A stretch of 10,878 bases of DNA from Candidatus Eiseniibacteriota bacterium (GTDB lineage: Bacteria; Eisenbacteria; RBG-16-71-46; JABDJR01; JAWXBZ01): the NCBI GenBank assembly GCA_034440375.1, contig JAWXBZ010000189.1, positions 1-10,878 of the forward strand. Direction: 5' to 3'. Position 1 is the stretch's first letter; each line of letters starts with the position of its first letter. The notes below the pieces were generated by a model, which was given only the letters and a program-made list of their open reading frames with translations, did no database searches and was not told the DNA's origin. Positions 6,237 through 10,878 of this stretch are shown in pieces. The position numbers and the translations under genes were made by a program.

Positions 6237-6792
6237 CCGGCGTTCCGTCCCGCTTGCTCGCATCCCAGTCCTCGCGCAGCATGGCCATCACGATCGTGTC
6301 CCAGTGCCGGCCGCCCCAGTAGTGATGCTGGCGTAGAACGCCCTCCTTCCGATAGCCGATTGCTTCGTAGGCATGGATGGCGCGTTCGTTGTACTCGTGG
6401 ACATGGAGCATGACGCGGTTCAGGTTCACCGTCTCGAAGGCCAGGTCGGTCATGAGGCGCGTGGCCTCCGTGCCGTACCCCTTGTCCCAATCGGTGGGCT
6501 GGCCGATGACGATGCCGAAAACGGCATGCCGGTCCTTCTCGTTGATCTGGTGAAGTCCGGTCACCCCAACCAGACGGTCGTCGGCCACCAGCGCAATGCC
6601 GAGAACCAGGTCGGCCCGACTCCGGCTGATGCGCTCGTGATGGGCCAGTTCCTCCGCCAGCGTCATGGGGCGCCAGATCTCGAGCGTGCGGGTCACGTCG
6701 GAGTTGTTGACCCAGGCCGTGGTCCGTGGGGCATCTTCCGGCTCGATCGGCCGGAGATAGATGGTGGCACCAACGCGGAACGGGCACTTCAT
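6217..6792 (-). CDS. GNAT N-acetyltransferase, RimJ/RimL (Acetyltransf_3) family
   Basis: IYLRPIEPED, FGIVIG..WDKGYGTEA (acetyl-CoA motif A), NLNRVML.V.EYNERAIHAYEAIGYRKEGVLR, D.IVMAMLREDW. Confidence 0.92.
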   Translation of the reverse strand: MKCPFRVGATIYLRPIEPEDAPRTTAWVNNSDVTRTLEIWRPMTLAEELAHHERISRSRADLVLGIALVADDRLVGVTGLHQINEKDRHAVFGIVIGQPTDWDKGYGTEATRLMTDLAFETVNLNRVMLHVHEYNERAIHAYEAIGYRKEGVLRQHHYWGGRHWDTIVMAMLREDWDASKRDGTPATPRSI

Positions 6793-6807
6793 CGACGCAC
6801 GACCCGC

Positions 6808-7269
6808 CTATCCACGGATGAAAAAGGTGACAGTAACCAGGATCCCGAGGACCAGGAGTCCGCCAATTCGGCCATACGCCTCGTGGCGGCTCTTCCGGTC
6901 GTTGATCCGGACCGTATCGCCACCTTCCTTGCGCAGCCGGACGATGCGTCGGGCATTGAACATCTCGAGATGTGACAGAACCAGCAGCAGCGCGACCATC
7001 GTCAACTTGGTGTGCATGGCCGGATTCTTCATGAGGCCCGGCCGGAGATAGAGGATGGCGAGCCCGCTGGCAATCGACAGGACGGCGGCCACGATCTCGA
7101 CGCGCGTCGCGAGGAGCGCGCTCAGTCTCTCGTACTGGTCACGCAGGATCGGTTCAATCCCCGGTGAGCGCGAGGCGGCCATGAACCGGAGCTGCGCCAG
7201 ACCGGCACCGGCCCATGCAGCGAATCCGATGAGATGGATCAGCAGGGCCGTACTGTAGAGATTTTCCAT
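6808..7269 (-). CDS. Four-helix membrane protein of the CopD/HemJ(UPF0093)/DUF2269-like superfamily
   Basis: From MENLYS (ATG 7269; alternative ATG 7278). Four hydrophobic segments; LIHLIGFAAWAG (H-x6-W-x-G), YER, SGL, MHTKLTMVALLL. The ORF-track start at 7476 lies inside the upstream gene. Confidence 0.7.
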   Translation of the reverse strand: MENLYSTALLIHLIGFAAWAGAGLAQLRFMAASRSPGIEPILRDQYERLSALLATRVEIVAAVLSIASGLAILYLRPGLMKNPAMHTKLTMVALLLVLSHLEMFNARRIVRLRKEGGDTVRINDRKSRHEAYGRIGGLLVLGILVTVTFFIRG

Positions 7270-7289
7270 GGCCTGCATCTTAGCAGGCC
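7270..7289 (-). promoter_or_regulatory. Extended -10 (TGcTAAGAT) centred in a perfect 7-bp inverted repeat, 7 nt before ATG 7269
   Basis: Plus strand GGCCTGC-ATCTTA-GCAGGCC. On the minus strand the 6-nt spacer is TAAGAT, which also contains the upstream gene's TAA stop. Confidence 0.4.
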
Positions 7290-8179
7290 GCCTCCCTCGC
7301 GAGTAGTCGTCGCAGCGCCGGCGGAAGTTCCGGATCGGACCAGCGAAATCCCGACTCGGTGAGGCGCCGCGGTACCGCTCGGGTGCTGGCCAGGAGCAAG
7401 GAGTCGGCCATCTCGCCAAGCAGAAGTCGGAGGGCAAAGCGCGGCACGGGCGGAAATGTCCAACGCCCCAGGACACCGGCCAGCGTCCGGGTGAATTCGC
7501 GATTGGTCACCGAGCCGGTGACGCCGTTGACGGGGCCTTCAAGGGTCGGCGTTCGGATGACGTGATCGAAGGCGGCCACGAGGTCGTCGAGCGTGATCCA
7601 GCTCCAGTACTGGCGCCCGTTTCCCAACGGCCCGCCCAGGCCGAGTCGGAACGGCAGGAGCATCTCCCGGAGTGCGCCTCCCCGGGGCGACAGCACCAGG
7701 CCGATTCGGAGTGCCACGGTTCGGATGCCGGCTTCGCGAGCCGGATCGGCGGCGGCTTCCCACTCCCGGCAGACATCAGCCAGGAAGCCGGTTCCCGGCG
7801 GCGACGATTCATCGAGCACCGTGTCGCCGCGATCACCGTAAAAGCCCTGCGCTGACGCCATGATAAAAAAGGAGGGCCGGGGCCGAAGTGCTGCGGCCGC
7901 CCGGGTCAGCAGTTGGGTTCCCTCGATGCGGCTCGACCGGATGGCTTCCTTGCGGCCCGGTGTCCACCGGCCGCCGGCGATGTTTTCGCCCGCCAGGTGG
8001 ATGATGCCATCCAGGCCTGCCAGCTCCGCCGTGTCCAGGCGCCCGGCTCCGGGATCCCAGTTGACGCGCCCGGGTCCGGGCGATCGTGACAGCGGAACCG
8101 GCTCGTGCCCTTCCCGCCGGAGCTGCGCCATCAATGAGGTTCCGATCAGGCCGTTGGGACCGGAAATCAGGATTTTCAT
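7280..8179 (-). CDS. yfcH: TIGR01777-family NAD(P)-dependent epimerase/oxidoreductase (YfcH-like, DUF1731 C-terminus)
   Basis: MKILISGPNGLIG (Rossmann), IIHLAGENIAGGRWT..RK..I.SSRIEGT, GFYGDRGD, GFLADVCREWE, LRIGLVLS..GGAL, GLGGPLGNGRQYWSWI, LLLGEMA..LLASTR..P..L...GF; 299 aa. Confidence 0.93.
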   Translation of the reverse strand: MKILISGPNGLIGTSLMAQLRREGHEPVPLSRSPGPGRVNWDPGAGRLDTAELAGLDGIIHLAGENIAGGRWTPGRKEAIRSSRIEGTQLLTRAAAALRPRPSFFIMASAQGFYGDRGDTVLDESSPPGTGFLADVCREWEAAADPAREAGIRTVALRIGLVLSPRGGALREMLLPFRLGLGGPLGNGRQYWSWITLDDLVAAFDHVIRTPTLEGPVNGVTGSVTNREFTRTLAGVLGRWTFPPVPRFALRLLLGEMADSLLLASTRAVPRRLTESGFRWSDPELPPALRRLLAREAAC

Positions 8180-8193
8180 CGCCCGTCAGGATA
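8177..8193 (-). promoter_or_regulatory. Candidate -10 box directly ahead of the TIGR01777 start (leaderless-type)
   Basis: Minus strand TATCCT, 8 nt, ATG. 14/17 identical to the equivalent stretch before the MarR gene. Confidence 0.4.
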
Positions 8194-8204
8194 CTCGATC
8201 GACA

Positions 8205-10877
8205 TCAAGTCCTACCTGTTTTTGCGCGGAGCCTGGCGGTTTCTTCCAGGCATTGAATGACCAGCGCGGTCCAGCCGGTCTGGTGGCTGGCGCCGGCACC
8301 GCGCCCGGTGTCTCCGTGGAAGTATTCGAAGAAGTGAACGAGGTCCTTCCAGGCCGGGTCCCCGGCGTATCGGGTATCCCCGCCATTCACGGGTCGTCGC
8401 CCGTTGTCGTCCGGCAGAAAGATGGAGCCGAGCCGGCGGGCCAGCTCGGAGGCCACATCCTTGAGGTTCAGCTGTCGGCCGGAGCCGGTGGGAAACTCAA
8501 CGGTCAGATCGTCACCGTAAAAATGGTGGTAACGCTCGAGGGCCTCGATGATCAACCAGTTGACCGGAAACCAGATGGGTCCACGCCAGTTCGAATTGCC
8601 CCCGAAAAGGCCGGTGTCCCCCTCGGCCGGAGCATAGCCGACCTCGAACTGCTGGCCGTCATACCTGAGGACGTACGGATTGGCTTCGTAGGTCTTCGAG
8701 AGGCTGCGAAGACCATGAGGGGAAAGAAACTCCGACTCGTCGAGCAGATAACGAACGACTTTCAGAAGCCGCTCTCTTGAAGGAATGGCCAGCAGGCGGT
8801 GGCGATGCGCCGGTGGCGCCGTGCCCTTTCCGGACCCGGCTGGCGGCGGCGCCGTCATGTACGAGATCTGGCCAACCAGGTCCTTCCGGTTGGCCAGAAA
8901 CCACTCCATGCGCTTTCGAAAGCCGGGGAGGGCCGCAATCGTTTCGTCTTCCAGGATCTCACAGGTGATCAACGGCAGGAGGCCGACCATCGAGCGCAGC
9001 TTGAGCGGCACGTACTTCCCCTTGACATGGATCTGGTCGTAATAGAACCCGTCGCCCTCATCCCACAGGCCGTTTCCGCCGAGGAGATTCATGGCGTCGG
9101 AAATGGCCACGAAGTGTTCGAAGAACTTCGATGCCACATCCTCGTACGCCGGGTCGTCTCGGGCCAGTTCGAGCGCCATCGACAGCATGGTGGTGCAGTA
9201 AAAGGCCATCCAGGCCGTTCCATCGGCCTGTTCCAGCTGACCGCCCGTCGGGAGTGGCTTCGAGCGATCGAAGACGCCGATGTTGTCAAGACCGAGGAAT
9301 CCTCCTGAAAAGATGTGCTGCCCGTCGGCGTCCTTCCGGTTGACCCACCAGGTGAAATTCAACAGCAGTTTCTGGAAGCAGCGGGCGAGGAAGACCCGGT
9401 CTCGCCGGCCACGGACCGCGGTCATCTTGTACACGCGCCAGGCGGCCCACGCATGGACCGGCGGATTCACATCATCCAGGGCAAATTCGTAGGCCGCCAT
9501 CTGTCCGTTCGGGTGCATGTACCACTCCCGGAGGAACAGGACGAGCTGTTCCTTGGCAAACTCGGGGTCGAGCCGGGCCATCGGAATCATGTGAAAGGCC
9601 AGGTCCCATGCGGCGTACCATGGGTATTCCCACCCATCGGGCATTGAGATGATGTCGCGGTTGAAGAGGTGACTCCACCCGGCGTTCCGTCCGGACCGAC
9701 GGGAGTCCGGCGGTCTTGCCTGGCCCGGGTCGCCCTCGAGCCAGTCCGTCACGACGTAGTGGAAGAATTGCTTCGACCACAGCAGTCCGGCCGCCGCCTG
9801 CCGACTGACCGACCGTTCTTCGTCATTCAGATCTTTCGAAAGTACGGCAGCGTAGAATTCATCCGCCTCACGCCGTCGTGCTTTCACGATCTGTTGGAAT
9901 TCCTTCCCGAAAGCCGGACCGCCCTTCTCGGTCGCGCCGGTCAGTCGCAGCGTGATGGAACAACTCCCGCCGGCCGGCAACGTCAACCGATACCAGAGTG
10001 CGGCCTTCGTGCCGGCCCCGTCCGGGCTGACAGCATCCAATCGACCGTTGACCACCCGTTCGTGAAAGGCATCCTTTACGTACGGTGACGCATTTGCCCC
10101 GCCGAACAACCGCGCTGCGTTCGTCTCATTCCCGGTGAACAGAACCTCCGGCGGGTTGCCGTCGGGTCCTGATCCGTAGGCAAGCGCCATCTTTCCAAGG
10201 GTTTCATGTTCGGCGTCGAGGCGCGAGCCCGGTCCCTTTCGAATGGACGGCCTGGCCCAGTAGCCTTCGCCGCTCCGCCCCCAGCTCCAGGTATTCCGAA
10301 ACCAGAGAGTGGGCAGGAGGTGGAGATCAGCCTCCTCCGGACCGTGGTTGGTCACCGTGACCGTCATCAGGATGTCGTCGGGACCGGCCTTGGCGTATTC
10401 GGCCATGATGTCGACGAAGCGATTGTCATCCATCACGCCGGTGTCGAGAATTTCGTACTCGGGATCGAGCCGACTCCGCTTGCGATTCTCGTCAACCAGA
10501 TCCTGGTAGGGATAGGCGGCCGTCGGGTAGCGATACAGGGCCTTCAGGTAGGAACTCGTCGGCGTGGCGTCGAGATACCAGTAGAGCTCCTTGACGTCCT
10601 CGCCATGGTTTCCCTCCGGACCGGTCAGTCCGAACAGTCTCTCCTTGAGGATCGGATCCCGCCCGTTCCAGACGGCGAGGGCCAGGGCCAGTCGGCATTC
10701 GCGATCGGTGATGCCGAGGAGCCCGTCCTCGCCCCACCGGTAGGCCCGGCTGCGTGCCTGATCATGGGTGAAGTACTCCCAGCAGGCTCCATCCGCCGAG
10801 TAATCCTCGCGGACGGTGCCCCACTGGCGTTCCGCAAGGTATGGGCCCCAGCGCTTCCAGTTCCGGTCGCGGCGGCG
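8205..10877 (-). CDS. Partial (5'-truncated) MGH1-like / GH63-type glycoside hydrolase (glucosidase)
   Basis: The frame is open to the window edge, well beyond the ORF-track start at 10436: RRRDRNWKRWGPYLAERQWGTVREDYS..RSRAYRWGEDG..KERLFGLTGPEGNHGEDVKE. Also SMPDGWEYPWYAAWDLAFH, VNPPVHAWA, GGFLGLDNIGVFDRS, FGGNSNWRGPIWFP, EYFHGDTGRGAGASHQTGWT, all conserved blocks of this family. Confidence 0.93.
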   Translation of the reverse strand, partial: RRRDRNWKRWGPYLAERQWGTVREDYSADGACWEYFTHDQARSRAYRWGEDGLLGITDRECRLALALAVWNGRDPILKERLFGLTGPEGNHGEDVKELYWYLDATPTSSYLKALYRYPTAAYPYQDLVDENRKRSRLDPEYEILDTGVMDDNRFVDIMAEYAKAGPDDILMTVTVTNHGPEEADLHLLPTLWFRNTWSWGRSGEGYWARPSIRKGPGSRLDAEHETLGKMALAYGSGPDGNPPEVLFTGNETNAARLFGGANASPYVKDAFHERVVNGRLDAVSPDGAGTKAALWYRLTLPAGGSCSITLRLTGATEKGGPAFGKEFQQIVKARRREADEFYAAVLSKDLNDEERSVSRQAAAGLLWSKQFFHYVVTDWLEGDPGQARPPDSRRSGRNAGWSHLFNRDIISMPDGWEYPWYAAWDLAFHMIPMARLDPEFAKEQLVLFLREWYMHPNGQMAAYEFALDDVNPPVHAWAAWRVYKMTAVRGRRDRVFLARCFQKLLLNFTWWVNRKDADGQHIFSGGFLGLDNIGVFDRSKPLPTGGQLEQADGTAWMAFYCTTMLSMALELARDDPAYEDVASKFFEHFVAISDAMNLLGGNGLWDEGDGFYYDQIHVKGKYVPLKLRSMVGLLPLITCEILEDETIAALPGFRKRMEWFLANRKDLVGQISYMTAPPPAGSGKGTAPPAHRHRLLAIPSRERLLKVVRYLLDESEFLSPHGLRSLSKTYEANPYVLRYDGQQFEVGYAPAEGDTGLFGGNSNWRGPIWFPVNWLIIEALERYHHFYGDDLTVEFPTGSGRQLNLKDVASELARRLGSIFLPDDNGRRPVNGGDTRYAGDPAWKDLVHFFEYFHGDTGRGAGASHQTGWTALVIQCLEETARLRAKTGRT

Positions 10878-10878
10878 A

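Noticed and set aside
8795-8855. Pro/Gly/Ala-rich insert (TAPPPAGSGKGTAPPAHRHR) in the glycoside hydrolase; GSGKG resembles a P-loop
   Set aside because: It is not a complete GxxxxGK[ST] and sits in a low-complexity loop between conserved blocks.
10436-10878. Apparent non-coding or small-ORF region upstream of the 743-aa ORF
   Set aside because: The same frame stays open with conserved WKRWGPYL.ERQWGTVREDYS motifs, so it is the N-terminal part of the glycoside hydrolase.
1-10878. CRISPR arrays, tRNA/rRNA, IS or integrase genes, long tandem repeats
   Set aside because: None seen; intergenic spaces are short (at most ~145 bp) and accounted for. The search was by eye only.

Overview
GC-rich bacterial chromosomal window, densely coding, with no mobile element, RNA gene or CRISPR array that I can see. 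Left to right: (+) 3' end of a MauL-like cupredoxin/carboxypeptidase-regulatory-like protein, translationally coupled to a membrane HAMP sensor histidine kinase; (-) a secreted CHRD-domain protein ending in a short S-W-x-R-I-K tail, with a strong intrinsic terminator. Divergently (+): a 36-codon ORF missed by the ORF track that looks like an internally deleted membrane-protein gene, a winged-helix (HTH_34-type) regulator, a ~781-aa secreted pentaheme c-type cytochrome with an N-terminal Ig-like domain and a C-terminal FlgD-Ig/T9SS-CTD-like domain, then a MarR regulator. On (-), converging on MarR and listed in transcription order: a 5'-truncated GH63/MGH1-like glycoside hydrolase, a TIGR01777 (YfcH-like) oxidoreductase, a HemJ/CopD-like 4-TM protein and a RimJ/RimL-type GNAT. 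The two C-terminal tail types suggest an FCB-related lineage such as Eisenbacteria, Krumholzibacteriota or Latescibacterota (inference). Most interesting: a possibly surface-exported multiheme cytochrome under a small regulator with a candidate operator, two different C-terminal sorting-like signals on divergent genes, a cupredoxin-kinase pair, and recurring leaderless-type -10 boxes. All family calls come from motif recognition by eye; no database search was run.
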